This document shows, one piece after another, positions 1 to 11,990 of a DNA stretch of 64,000 bases. Made by a program: the position numbers and the translations under genes. The DNA comes from Chiloscyllium plagiosum (Eukaryota). Location of the stretch: NCBI RefSeq assembly GCF_004010195.1, contig NC_057749.1, positions 21,540,370 through 21,604,369 on the forward strand, read 5' to 3'. The notes below the pieces were generated by a model. It worked only from the letters and a program-made list of their open reading frames with translations, ran no database searches and was not told the origin of the DNA. Positions within the stretch are counted from its first letter, which is position 1. Each line of letters begins with the position of its first letter.

Positions 1-28
1 CTATGTCTTACGATCTTATACTCCGTAA

Positions 29-114
29 CCACCTGATGAAGGAGCAGCGCTCTGAAAACTAGTGCTTCCAAATAAACATATTGGACTATAACCTGTTGTT
101 GTGTGATTTTTAAC
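29..114 (+). mobile_element. Penelope-type terminal repeat, family A fragment, degenerate hammerhead core
   Basis: cac-CTGATGA-a-GGAGC-agc-GCTCT-GAAAACTA-gtg followed by ttggactataacctg...gatttttaact, shared with 1578-1696, 4449-4657, 34057-34200 and 40321-40522. Confidence 0.7.
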
Positions 115-809
115 TGAGGAAAGAGACATCTACAATGACAGTGCCAGTATCACCTGGGACAAAAACCTTTACAATGACAGATATGGATCACCAGGAGGAG
201 AGAATTCACAAAAGAGAATGACAGGGAGAAATAGATAGTGTAAATAGATACAGATGCTAGAGATAGTGATTAATGAGAGCCAAAGATCAAATGATGCTGA
301 TTAAACCATAGGCACACAGATCAGCATGGAGAGAGAAAAACAGATGGAGATAGATTAAATAAAGGTATAGAAGAAAATAAAGAGCTAGTCTTGTTGGTCC
401 AGTGCTTTCTCTCCACAGATGCTGCCAATCCTGCAGAGTTTCTCCAGCAATTTCTGTTTTTGTTTCTGATTTCCAGCATCCACATTTCTTTGTTTTTAGA
501 AATAAAAACAAACAGCTTTTCTGTCCGTCCCGGGTGCATTGAGGGCGATAATGGGAGCAAATGGCTGGAGATATAGATTGACAGAGAGATGCAGAGCTCA
601 GTGAAAGAGTTGGAATAATGCAAGTCCCAAGCCCCAGGCTGCCCCAGAACTGGGGACAAAATAGGCCGGCGACACTGGAGAGTATTCAGCGATATAATTT
701 AAATCCCCTCCCTCACTGAGTGCTCACAGTTTACACACACCCACCACAAACGCACAGGCAGACACACAATGCCCTCCCCATGGAAATGGGGTCAGGAGCC
801 CCTACTTAC

Positions 810-894
810 CCCTCAGATTCAGTTTGAGTCGGGGTAAGGTACTGGATGAGGCGCTGCTGAGGAGGAGCGAGAGGAAGAGACGGAGCAGAGACAT
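810..894 (-). CDS. Semaphorin-7A-like paralog A, coding exon 1 (signal peptide); rest of gene lies left of the window
   Basis: ATG at 894; 85 nt encode MSLLRLFLSLLLSSASSSTLPRLKLNLR+G, a hydrophobic leader followed by the semaphorin N-terminal PRL motif. Donor G|gtaagt at 809 (phase 1). 83/85 identical to exon 40862-40946. Not in the ORF track because it is spliced. Confidence 0.8.
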
Positions 895-1084
895 GTCTGG
901 CTCTGGATTCTGTGTTAAGTTCCTGACAGACTGAGCACTCTTCAGCTCCCCCCTTCCCTTTCAGTCTGAGCTGCACCCCCTGCAGTGGGAGGGACTATAG
1001 TGGGTGTGAGGAAATGTCTCTGTACTGCAGTTATACTGAGACACTGTAATCATGTAGAGATCCGATTACAGTCACTGGTTAAAT
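895..1084 (-). promoter_or_regulatory. Putative proximal promoter/5'UTR of semaphorin paralog A
   Basis: Directly upstream of the ATG. 895-1069 is the exact reverse complement of 40687-40861. Contains CACACCC and purine-rich GGGAAGGGGGG elements. TSS cannot be determined from sequence. Confidence 0.55.
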
Positions 1085-1577
1085 ATCTAACATTACCAAA
1101 CAGAAATACTTCATCAATGCGATGCTCCTCATATTGGCGTGTAAAATGATGACTTTAAAAATTCATCCATGGGAAGTGAGCGCGGCTGGCTGGACCAGTT
1201 CTTGTTTCTATCCCCTAGTTACTCTGGAGAAGGTGTAGATGGGTTATATTCTGGAACCAATTAGTATACAGTACAGTATTTACTATAGAGACACACTGTG
1301 CTGTTAGAGAGAGTATTCCAGGACTTAGACACGAAAGGAACAGCGATTTACTTCCAAAATAGGATGTTGGGAAGGGAACCTGCAGGGAGTGTGGTAGGTG
1401 CTGCCTTATTCTCCAACATGGTAGAACTCATAGGTTTGGAAGGTGTTGTCTGAGGAGCCTTGATGAATTTCTGCAGTGCATCAGTGGTGGGCACTGCTAC
1501 TGCTCAGCTTTGCCTGTGGTGAATATTTAAGGCAGGGAATGGGGCGCTGGTCAAGAAGACTGATTTATCCTGATTTG

Positions 1578-1696
1578 GAGATGCCGGTGTTGGACTGGGG
1601 TGGACAAAGTTAAAAATCACACAACACCAGGTTATAGTCCAACAGGCCTAATTGGAAGCACTAGCTTTCGGAGCTACTCCTTTATCAGGTGGTGGT
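1578..1696 (-). mobile_element. Penelope-type terminal repeat family A, inserted into an old CR1-like fragment
   Basis: Same family A sequence in reverse; core decayed to CTGATAA. Confidence 0.7.
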
Positions 1697-2851
1697 TGTC
1701 CTGGGTGGTGTCACGCTTCTTGAATATTAATGAAGCACATAATATTCCATCACCTGAATCGTATCTTGAATGGGGGATCTAATATAAGGGGAGTGGATCT
1801 TAATGTGTACTGTTAGATGCTGAAGGTTTTTGCCTGTAGCTAGAGACTAATTACTTGTAAAAACAAAGGCACTCTCGTTCGATACCAAAACCATGTCTGT
1901 GCCTTCTGTTGACTAGGTTCTGAAGATCAGCTAAATTGGGGAAATTATTGCGTACTTTTGAAAATCTTTAACTTTTCAGTGAATCTGGGAAATAACAGAA
2001 CTTGATTTCCAGGGCATTTCCCTTCTTAGATATGATAGCCTTTATTTAGTTTCCAGATTGTCTTATTGAATGTTTTAATTCAACTGACTGCTGTCAGGGG
2101 AATTTGAACTTGAGCCCCCAGATCATTCGGCTGTGACTTTTAGTGATATTATTACATCGTTACCATTTGGCCCCCTTAATCTGTATACTGTATATTTAGA
2201 GCAGAAATTGCTTTTGTACCACTCAAAAAGGGATCTGAAATAAAACATTACATTCCAGAACACAATTTAGTGAAAAGGAGAATCAGAAAATACATTGTCA
2301 AAGAAAAGGCATACAATGACTGGCTCTGTTTTCCCCAGCTCAGAAATGACTAGGGACAATCACTGTTCTACTCATGATCAGTGAACACGAGGGTCAGTCA
2401 GTTGTGTCCCATGTGATATCCTTCTCAGTAACCAGTTCTTGATTTCTCTCCTCACGGTAACATTGGGAGAATGTGAGGCCAGAGAATATATGGACCATCT
2501 TGCAGCGTGGCACTGCCCGCAGATGGGCAAAGGTCAGACTCACCCGCCCAGAATTTGGGAGAGCCGTCCACAGGTTAAAGAAGCCAGCAATCACTGAGTC
2601 TGATGCTACCTTCACTCTGTGATCACTCTCAGACCCGGAGAGTAGCTGTGGCTAAATGTGCAGCACAGTGGCAGAATAAGGTGCCGACTCAGAGACGTCA
2701 TCTGCCTCTGTACTAAGTACCTGCGACATGTTAAAGATGGAGCTGAGTATTCTTCATGCCAGTGGATGAGAATAAGCATCTCTAATCCTCCAATCAAAGA
2801 TAGTGATGACGCTCGGAGCAATTAAGATTACAAGGAAGTTCCATGAATATC

Positions 2852-3153
2852 TTAGATTAGATTAGATTACTTACAGTGTGGAAACAGGCCCTTCGGCCCA
2901 ACAAGTCCACACCGACCCGCCGAAGCGCACCCACCCAGACCCATTCCCCTACATTTACCCCTGCACCTAACACGACGGGCAATTTAGCATGGCCAATTCA
3001 CCTGACCTGCACACTTTTGGCCTGTGGGAGGAAACCGGAACAGCCAGAGGAAACCCACACAGACACGGGGAGAATGTGCAAACTCCACACAGTCAGTCGC
3101 CTGAGGTGGGAATTGAACCCAGGTCTCTGGTGCTGTGAGGCAGCAGTGCTAAC
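2852..3153 (-). mobile_element. HE1-like tRNA-derived SINE (V-SINE type)
   Basis: tRNA-like head with B-box GGTTCAATTCC, central GTGTGGAGTTTGCACATTCTCCCCGTGTC domain, (AATCT)n tail. Confidence 0.85.
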
Positions 3154-3303
3154 ATCCTTAATTTTGATAGAGCCAAGAATCTGAGTGCAAGAATTGTGGC
3201 TTACTTCATGTTCTCGTGAATCTCAGTCAAAGTCATTGAGGGTGAGGTTTTGTGGTATTGTCACTGGACGAGTAATACAGAACCCCGGGCTAATGTTCTG
3301 GGA

Positions 3304-3500
3304 TCAAAAACAGAAATTGCTGGACCAGCTCAGCAGGTCTGACAGCATCTGTGGAGAGAGGTCAGAGTTAGTGTTTCGGGTCACTGAAGGTTTACTGGAC
3401 ATTAACTCTGATTTCTCTCCACAGATGCTGCCAGACCTGCTGAGCTTTTCCAACAATTTCTGTTTTTGTTTCTGATTCACAGCATCAGCATTTCTTTAGG
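3304..3500. mobile_element. Palindromic Penelope-type repeat (family D) nested in an older tRNA-derived SINE (about 3250-3800)
   Basis: aaaacagaaattgctgg...cagcatctgtggagaga and its reverse complement form inverted arms. Related copies at about 405-490, 30640-30720 and 49880-50000. Confidence 0.65.
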
Positions 3501-4004
3501 TTTTTATTTAATGCTCTGGGAACATGAGTTCAGATGGTGAAATTTGTACCATTATGGGAAAAATACTCGTCTAATGCTGACCATGAAACCACTGTTGATT
3601 ATCTTAAAGGAAAACCATCCATTTCACTAATGTCCTCTTGGAAAGGAAATCTGTCATCTTTGCCTGGTCTGGCCTACATGTGACTGCAAAATCCACAGCA
3701 ATGTGATTGACTCTTAACCACCCTCTGAAATGGCTGAACAAGGCACTCAGTCCATGGATAATTAATGCTGCCTTAGTGAACAATACCCACATCCCAGGAA
3801 CAAACAAAATGAAAACCCTCAAACACGGCCAATCAATTTAATTCTGAAAGTATTATTGCTGATTTTGTTGATGGCACAGAGAAAGGTAGGAAAGAAAGTT
3901 GTAAGTTATAACTAGGAAGATATAAGGAGTCAGCAAAGGAATATAAATAGGTTAAAAGAGTGGGCACACTCTTTGTCAAATGGAGTACAATATGGATTCT
4001 ATCA

Positions 4005-4175
4005 GTAAGTGCGGCGCTGGAAAAGCACAGCCGGTCAGGGCTGACATTCCTGATAAAGGGGTTATGCTTGAAACGTGGATTCTCCTGCTCCTCGGATGCT
4101 GCCTGACCTGCTGTGCTTTTCCAGCACCACACTCTCGACTCTGATCTCCAGCACCTGCAGTCCTCACTTTCTCCT
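4005..4175. mobile_element. Penelope-type terminal repeat family B, partly palindromic
   Basis: gctggaaaagcacagc / gctgtgcttttccagc arms; diverged flanking duplication tacaatatg(g/a)a(t/c)tc. Confidence 0.7.
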
Positions 4176-4448
4176 ACAATATGAACTCGTCCACCTTGGC
4201 ATGAAGCCTGAAAAAGCAGCACAGTTTCTCAGATGCAGAGAGAGAGATACAGAACTCTGAGGAACAAAGGTATCTGGCTGTCCCGCTACATGAGTCACAA
4301 AGGGTTAGGATTCAGGTACAGCAGATGGTTTCTTGGAAGATGTACACTTTAGAAAAATTGATTTCAAGTTTTCTTGGAGCTAAAAGAGAGCATTGTAATT
4401 TCACTCTGATGCTGAAGTTTCTTGAACAAGGCTTTCTCAAAATCATGT

Positions 4449-4657
4449 CATGATTTGGAGTTGCCGGTGTTGGACTGGGGTGTACAAAGTTAAAAATCAC
4501 ACAACACCAGGTTATAGTCCAACAGGTTTAATTGGAAGCACTAGCTTTCGGAGCGACGCTTCTTCATCAGGTGGTAGTGATGAAGGAGCGTCGCTCCGAA
4601 AGCTCGTGCTTCCAATTAAACCTGTTGGACTATAACCTGGTGTTGTGTGATTTTTAA
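4449..4657. mobile_element. Palindromic family A element with two back-to-back hammerhead-like cores
   Basis: Inverted arms of about 80 bp; 13-bp direct repeat ctcaaaatcatgt at 4436-4448 and 4658-4670. Confidence 0.8.
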
Positions 4658-5941
4658 CTCAAAATCATGTGACAGTCATAACCGCATACTCTGGTGTACA
4701 CCCCTGTTGGACAGCTTAGAAAATGCTTTGTCATGCGCAGTTAGTTGGGAAGGGATGTCCAGCTGATTTGTCCAATTTCTGAAAATAAAACTAAAAACCA
4801 AGTAAATGGAATGAAATAAAATGTTTCTATGTTGAATTCATGGTGACACCCATTTGCTCATCTGGGAGAGTGATTGAAGGAGCTTCTCAACAATGTATTT
4901 CTTGAGCATACTGTTACAGTCATGACTCCAGGGAACATTGCTCATGAATTCTGACTTCACCTTCGTGCCAGGACATCAGCAGAGCAGACTGAGGAACATT
5001 CTATACTTTATCCTGTCTTACTTTACCTAATGGGCTGAAAACATTCTGATTTTAAAGTAAATTACTTCAGAGAGAAATCTGTTTCTTACCTCTTTTTCTG
5101 TTGTGTGTTTCTTTGTTTTGAGCTATTTACACTCTAATATCACTGACTGTGTATGTTAACCAAGTATTGCACCTGCATTGAATACATTTCAAACTACTAA
5201 TAAGCCACTAATTGCACTTATGAAAGAAATTGCTGGTAGATCTACATACAACGTGAAGTAGATAAAGTATTGGCCAAAGTATTTTTCATTTAGTGTTGCG
5301 ACCTGTGGATCAATGGGACTAGAACAACACTGCATTTCCCAAGCCTCACTTGTAACTAAAGACAAATAGAATATTGTGCTTTATTGCAAGGAGAATGCAA
5401 CATCAAAGTAGGAATGTCTGATGCAAAGGATATTTGTGAGACCCCATTATGAGCACTGTGTATTGATTTAGTCTCTTTATTTAAGAAAGGATACAACTAG
5501 CCTCAAAACAATTCAGAGAAAGTCCAGTTAACTGATTCCTGGGAAGAAGGGACGATTGTATGAGACACGGTTGGATGGACTGGATGTGTATCCTTTAATG
5601 GCATTCCTGATGAAGGGAACAGTAAATGTTGTGCATCCTTCCAAGATTCCAATGAAGTTGACATTTATGCAGCTATGCCCTGGAGCCCATAAATCAAAGT
5701 AACTGTAACAAACTGACAAATACGCCACTAATCTTTTGTAAAGTGATTCAACGAGTATTCATGAATCTCACTCATAAACAACTTGACAGCTCTCATTTCC
5801 AGTTCATCTGAAAGCAGTATGGTTTCACCTCAGCGTTGGTCCAGACTTGGGCACTGTATAATGCTGGAGGAGTGGGACGTGCAGCTGACCCCAACTTTAA
5901 GGTAGAACATGACAGAGTGTGGTCCCGCATTGACCTTCCAG

Positions 5942-6252
5942 GTGGCACGGTGGCACAGTGGTTAGCATTGCTGCCTCACAGCACCAGGGACCTGGGTTCA
6001 ATTCCTGCCTCAGGCAACTGCCTGTGTGGAGTTTGCACATTCTCCCCGTGTCTGCGTGGGTTTCCTCCGGGTGCTCCGGTTTCCTCCCACAGTCCAAAAA
6101 TGCGCATTTAGGTGAATTGGCCATGCTAAATTGCCCGTAGTGTTAGGTGAAGGGGTAAATGTAGGGGAATGGGTCTGGGTGGATTGCTCTTCGGAGGGTC
6201 GGCGTGGACTTGTTGGGCCGAAGGGCCTGTTTCCACACTGTAAGTAATCTAA
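5942..6252 (+). mobile_element. HE1-like SINE, full length
   Basis: A-box GTGGCACAGTGG, B-box GGTTCAATTCC, conserved central domain, taatct tail. Confidence 0.9.
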
Positions 6253-6543
6253 CCTTGGAGAATGCGAGTAAGGGTGGAGAGTAGTCCTGCAGTAGCTGGG
6301 AATCATTGGTAATGCAAAGAGAAAACAAGTTCTGACAGTCAAGGGTCAGTGCACCATGGACCCAGAATATCACTGCGGATGATCCTTGGAGCTGTCCTAA
6401 TAGAATAGATGCTTCTCTCTGACTTAAGTCCAGCAGTTAATTTGCTCACTGTGAAGTCCACTCTGATATGTCCTGTTCCCTTTACGGCTACAATAATGAA
6501 GGAGTCCATGGTAGACTACAGTATGATCTGAACAACATACACT

Positions 6544-7317
6544 CCACATTGCAACTAGGAGAAAATGTATATTTGTATCTTTCAAAGCCATCACCAAGTC
6601 CCTGGTCATCAATGTCATACCAGACCCCAGTTCAGATTGTGACCAATGGACTTACCAATTCCAATACAAATGGCTGGTTATTCTGCTTACAAATAGCTCC
6701 CATCCCAGTGTTGTCTCCAAAGTTTAAAAACACACAACACCAGGCTACAGTCCAACAGGTTTAATTGGAAGCACACCTAGCTTTCAGAGCGCCGCTCCTT
6801 CATCAAAGCGCAGTTCAGGGGAGAGCTGGAAAATGCACTACATTACTGAGAATTGCAGAGCCTGTGTTTGATTTAGTGAATGTTCTACAAAGGAATTTCA
6901 GGTTTGCTGCCAATCTTGGATTTTGTCTGCAGGATTTTCAGCAAAAAGCGTCGTAATATTATGGTGAAGACAGTTCAGGATATGAATAGGTAAAACTAAA
7001 CAGGTTAGGTAAAAGTGTCGTAATATTATGGTGAAGACAGTTCAGGATATGAATAGCTAAAACTAAACAGTTTGATTGTAATAGTCAAAATAAATACAAC
7101 ACATTGTCTTCACATTCTCAGCAACAAACAGGTGAGGGAGGCATCAAACAGCCACAGAAGAACTTTATGAAATGTGTAAAAGACTAATTTTGATTTCCTC
7201 CAATTGCCATTCTTATGGATTCTATTAAGGACCAAATGACCAAATAAATCCCAAATAAAGGACATGGTGATGGCTTTGAAAGACACAAATATACATTTTC
7301 TCCTAGTTGCAATGTGG
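6544..7317. repeat. 58-bp inverted repeat pair (6544-6601 / 7260-7317) enclosing a tandem duplication
   Basis: ccacattgcaactaggagaaaatgtatatttg... matches the reverse complement of the right arm with 2 mismatches. Inside, 6944-7003 and 7011-7070 are 60-bp direct copies (period 67, 2 mismatches). Confidence 0.8.
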
Positions 7318-9190
7318 CAGTCCACGTCCAGAATCAAAGAGTTTATTGAAATTACACTGGTGGGAATAAACCTCTGAAAATCCATGCACTTCCTCAGTGG
7401 ACAAATAAAAGGCATACATTTTTATACATTTGTTTTCAGCCCAATTTTAACAATTATAGACCAATTATATCATTAATTAATTACAAACACTTCCAATTAA
7501 GCTAATCATGTAATTGCATGGCTCAAGATGGATGGGTTTCTGGTCTCATCATGTTTCACAGGCTCTCTAAACTCCCTTCTCTAATCTCCCTTCTCGGGGC
7601 TTTTTACAATGGGTACTGTATTCAATCACATTCCAATACATGGATAACCACACTCCTTTCAGACACTTGCCAACTGCACTGGTTAATTGGCAATAATTTA
7701 TCAGTACAAGCCTTTCAAACTCAGTTATACAGTTTATTTTTCTTACTGCTCGCATTGTAGGAGATACAAAAGGATGCTGATTTCTGTCAATTATTATAAA
7801 ATTTGTAATATCAGTTCCAATACAAAGTTAATATTTTGCGTAAAATTATATAGTTACACCTAAAGTCAATATGAGAACAAATTCTTTCTCTCTCGACCTT
7901 GGAAGTCTGTCTATCTTGCAGCTGCAGTTCCAATTCCTTCAGTTCAATTGCTGTAAGAGGATATACTCATGGTTCATCTGGGTAGACTTGATAAAAGAAA
8001 ATCGAATCTCCTTAATGCTTGCTGTGGACTCTTTATATATGTATATGGTTATCTGGAAAGCTTAACTAAAGTGAACAGATAGTCCCAACTACAGTATTTG
8101 CAACAGATCTCAGATTATAAATTAATTAAGTATAAACTTTGTCGATTAGCATATGGGGTAAACAAATGGCACTGTGTGTAATCTGTAACCTTGGATGCAT
8201 TCCTTTCACAGAGACACGATTATTCTAATTTAAGATTAACTCCAAAACAAACTGCACCAGGTGTGCTAATTCTAAGTTAACTAAAACCTGCTTAGTCATG
8301 GGCAGCCCCAACAGACTCCCATGGGAAAGATCATGACTTCTCAAGTCACACTAACCAAAGTCAAACCTGATCCCATTTTGTGTAATACAGAAGGGGTGCT
8401 GCACTGTCAGTGGTTTCATTACTTCCAGTGATATTCCACCTTTCGTGTCCTCATGATCACCCGAGTTCTTTCCAACTGATGGCGTTCCTGATCATGGTTA
8501 TCATTTGGAAATGCCATCGCCAATTTACATATTGTAAGCTCCCAAAGGGCAATGCAAACATGACCAGGTCATCTGTTTTTAGTGTAATTAATGCAGAAGG
8601 CTGATGAGACTGGAAACCTGAAATAAAAGGAGAAATGGGGCAATGTGCAGTGTTTTTGACTGTTCCCCAGATGGTAGCCTTGACTTTCAGGTTCAATTCT
8701 GAAACTCCAGGGAACATAACATGGTAAAATCGAACAGTCTGTTTGAATGGGAGAAAATTGGGTTAGCTACAACGGTGCTAAACTTAAATAATTACAAATT
8801 ACAGTGATTGCTGGAGTGGACTAGGTAAGGAGTTCAGCAGAGAGGAAAAATAGTAGACTTTTATGAAAATAGCAGCTCATTGCTCACAGCTAACATCAAA
8901 TTAAAAGAAAAAAACATAACGTCATCAAATTAAAAGAAAAAACATAGAAAGTGACAAAGAATGGAAAGATTTAAAACCAACAAAAGACGACCACAAAAAA
9001 AAGAGGGAGAAAATAAACTTTGAGGGTAAACTTGCAAGTGATATCAAAACAGGCAGCAAGAGCAACTTGAAATATATTAAGAGTAAGTGGGAAGACAAAG
9101 AGAATGAAGATGGGGAATTAATACTGGAGAACTGGAAAATGACAGAGGATTTGAATAATTACTTGGCATCAATTGTCATAATAGGAGTAA

Positions 9191-9529
9191 CGCGGTGGCT
9201 CAGTGGTTAGCACTGCTGCCTCACAGCACCAAGGACCTGGGTTCAATCCCAGCTTCAGGTGACTGTGTGGAGTTTGCACATTCTCCATATGTTCCCATGG
9301 GTTTCCTCCAGGTGCTCTGGTTTCCTCCCACAGTCTGAAGATGTGCAGGTCAGGTGGATTGACCATGCTAAATTGCCATGTAGTGTCTAGGGACATACAG
9401 GCCAGGTAGACTGGCCATGGGAAATGGGGGTGTGTCACGATGATAAGGTGGGGGGGCTGGGTTTAGGTAGGATGCTGTTCAGAGTGTTAGTGCAGATTCA
9501 ATGGGCTGAATGGCCTCTTTCTGCACTGT
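9191..9529 (+). mobile_element. HE1-like SINE, older subfamily
   Basis: tRNA-like head GTGGCTCAGTGGTTAGCACTGCTGCCTCACAGC and central domain. Confidence 0.8.
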
Positions 9530-11334
9530 CAACATTGTCATTGGTAGTCCCTAGCAGACAATAATGACTCTCTTCCTCTCTCAGGATGAGTCTGTAGGTG
9601 ACTGTACAGACCAATGCAGCTACTCCAGGCTCTGTTACACTGGGAGCAGGTAGTGATCACAGGAAGGGAGTGGGTGGGGCGTTGGTATGACAGTGTGCTC
9701 CTTTCCCTGTTTGCACTGTCGGGAGTCTATCATTCTATACCGTTTTAGCATTGCTGGGCAAAGTCTCTATTTTCTGAAGGAGGCGTTCAAGGACAATTAA
9801 ACAAATAAACAAAATAGATGACAATGAGTGTGCAATGAAGTCTTGAAAAAACTCACTCTGTATCAGTTGGTGCTGTATTCAGTTCGAAACTGTACATTTA
9901 GCCAGTGTAATCCAGATATTCCTGTAAACAGACTAGAGCCATAATCTGCATTTCCTAAGCGGTCAGACAACTTAATGTAATATGCTTAAGCTCTAGAAAT
10001 AGCAACTTCATTCAGCTAATAGCAACGTGACATTTATCCAATGGATCAATTCTTTAACATCACAAACCCTCCTGATGTTGAACATGTATCATCACTGCTG
10101 CATTGCCACTGAATCAATCGCTTGGTACAAAGTACTGGCCTGAACGTGGGTGTAAAAGGGAACCATTTCCAAATCCGCAGATGACACACACTTGAGCTGT
10201 GAGGAGGATAGTGATAGAATTCAAATGGACACAGCCAGACTGATGGAAGGGGCAGACAGGTAGCAGATTAAGTGTAATGCAAGCAAGTGTGCAGAGATTC
10301 AGATTGGTCAGAAGAATAAGGAGGGGCAAAACAAGGGATACCATCCCAGGGAGGGCATGAATTCATGTGACGCATGAATTTTGAAAATGTTTTTGAAAAG
10401 ACGGTAAATCAAAAGTTATGACTCAAACTAAGAGCTCCTGGTGTTGGGGATAATATATAGTATGGATAGGCAATTAGCTCAAAGGGTGAGAGGGGTATGT
10501 AAGTCTTGTTTCAGCAAGCAAGTGATTGATGTGAGTGGTTCTTGCAGAAAGCTAGCATGGATACAGCAGGCTGAATGGCCTTCCCCTGTGCAGTCGCCAC
10601 TCGATGAATCTCCATCCTGGAATTCTGTCTTGGCAGATGCAAGAAAGAAGGTGATTCACACTTTCTCAGGGAAATGGTCTGTAATGCCCACACTCCCAGC
10701 AGTATCCCTTTTGGAAGCCCTTGCCTTAAACATTACCCCACCACCCTTTTGCACGAGTGAGTGAAAATTCAACAATTCTCAAGGAGCTCGACACCATCCA
10801 GGAGAAACCGCCTGCTTGATTGGCACCTAAACTACACCTTTCACAGTCACTCCCTCCACCCTCAATGTGCAAAGGTGACAGTGTGCCCACTCTATAATGT
10901 GCCTTGCAGTAACTCACCAATGGTCCTTCAACAACACCTTACAAACCCACCATGTTTACCATCTAGAATGACAGGGCAGGAGATGCGTGGGACATCACCC
11001 CCTGCAAGTTCCCCTCCAAACCACACAATTTCCTTGAAGGACGTTAGTGAATCAGATGGAGCTTTCCTGTGGACAGTTACCAGTGTTTCATGGTCGTTAT
11101 TAGATTTTAAACTCTAGACATTTACTGAATTCAAATTCCACCATTTGCCATGGTGGGACTAAAGCCCTTGTCCCTGAAGATTATCCTGGGATTCTGGATG
11201 ATCCTGTGACATTGCCACGACATCACATTCTCCGTTAAGAGGGCTGTGGGTGTACCTGCACCACATGAACAGTTGTGGTTCAAAAAGGCAACTCACCACT
11301 ACCAGGATAACTGGGGATGGGCAATAAATGATGG

Positions 11335-11990
11335 AATTTGGGGAGGGGGGTGCCCAAGGGGGCTGAAAGATAAATGGGAGGGGTGGGGCTGGAGGAAGGT
11401 AGCTGGTAAGGTGATAGGTAGATGAAGGTTGACAGTGACTGTGATAGGATGGGTCAGAGTGGTGGGTGGAGCGGATAAGTGGGAAGGGAAATGAACAGGG
11501 AGGGCGGTTCAAGAGGGCAGTGCTGGGTTGGAGGATTGGATCTGGGGTAAGGTGGGGGGGAGGAACCACCCAACGCCTGGAGGAAGAAAGCCTCATCTCC
11601 GCCTTGGGACCCTCTAACCACACGGGATCAATGTCAATTTCACCAGTTTCCTCAACTCCCCTCTCCCCACCTTATCCCAGATCCACCGCCCTCTTGAACT
11701 GTCCTACCTATCCGTCTCCCTTCCCACCTAACCTCTCCATCCTCCACTCCAACCTATCACCATCACCCCTCACCTTCACCTACCTATCGCATTCCTAGCT
11801 ACCTTCTCCCCAGCCCCACCCCCTCCCATTTATCTCTCAGCCCCCTTGCCATCCCTCCACATTCCTGATGAAGAGCTTATGCCCGAAACGTGGACTCTCC
11901 TGCTCCTCGGATGTTGCCTGACCGGCTGTGCTTTTCCAGCACCATACTTTTTGACTCTGATCTCCAGCACCTGCAGTCCTCACTTTCTCC
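11335..11990 (+). mobile_element. Penelope-like element 3' end (ORF C-terminus, 3'UTR, family B terminal repeat) preceded by an inverted copy of its own 3'UTR
   Basis: 11565-11650 is a frameshifted remnant resembling the Penelope/Neptune C-terminus (recalled as RLEEERLIFRLGTLQPHGINVDF). It runs through a C-rich UTR into CTGATGA...GAAAC at 11865-11889. 11335-11560 is reverse-complementary to the UTR. Confidence 0.75.

Noticed and set aside
5942..6015. tRNA-like sequences with A and B boxes (many copies)
   Set aside because: They are SINE heads continuing into the SINE body, not tRNA genes.
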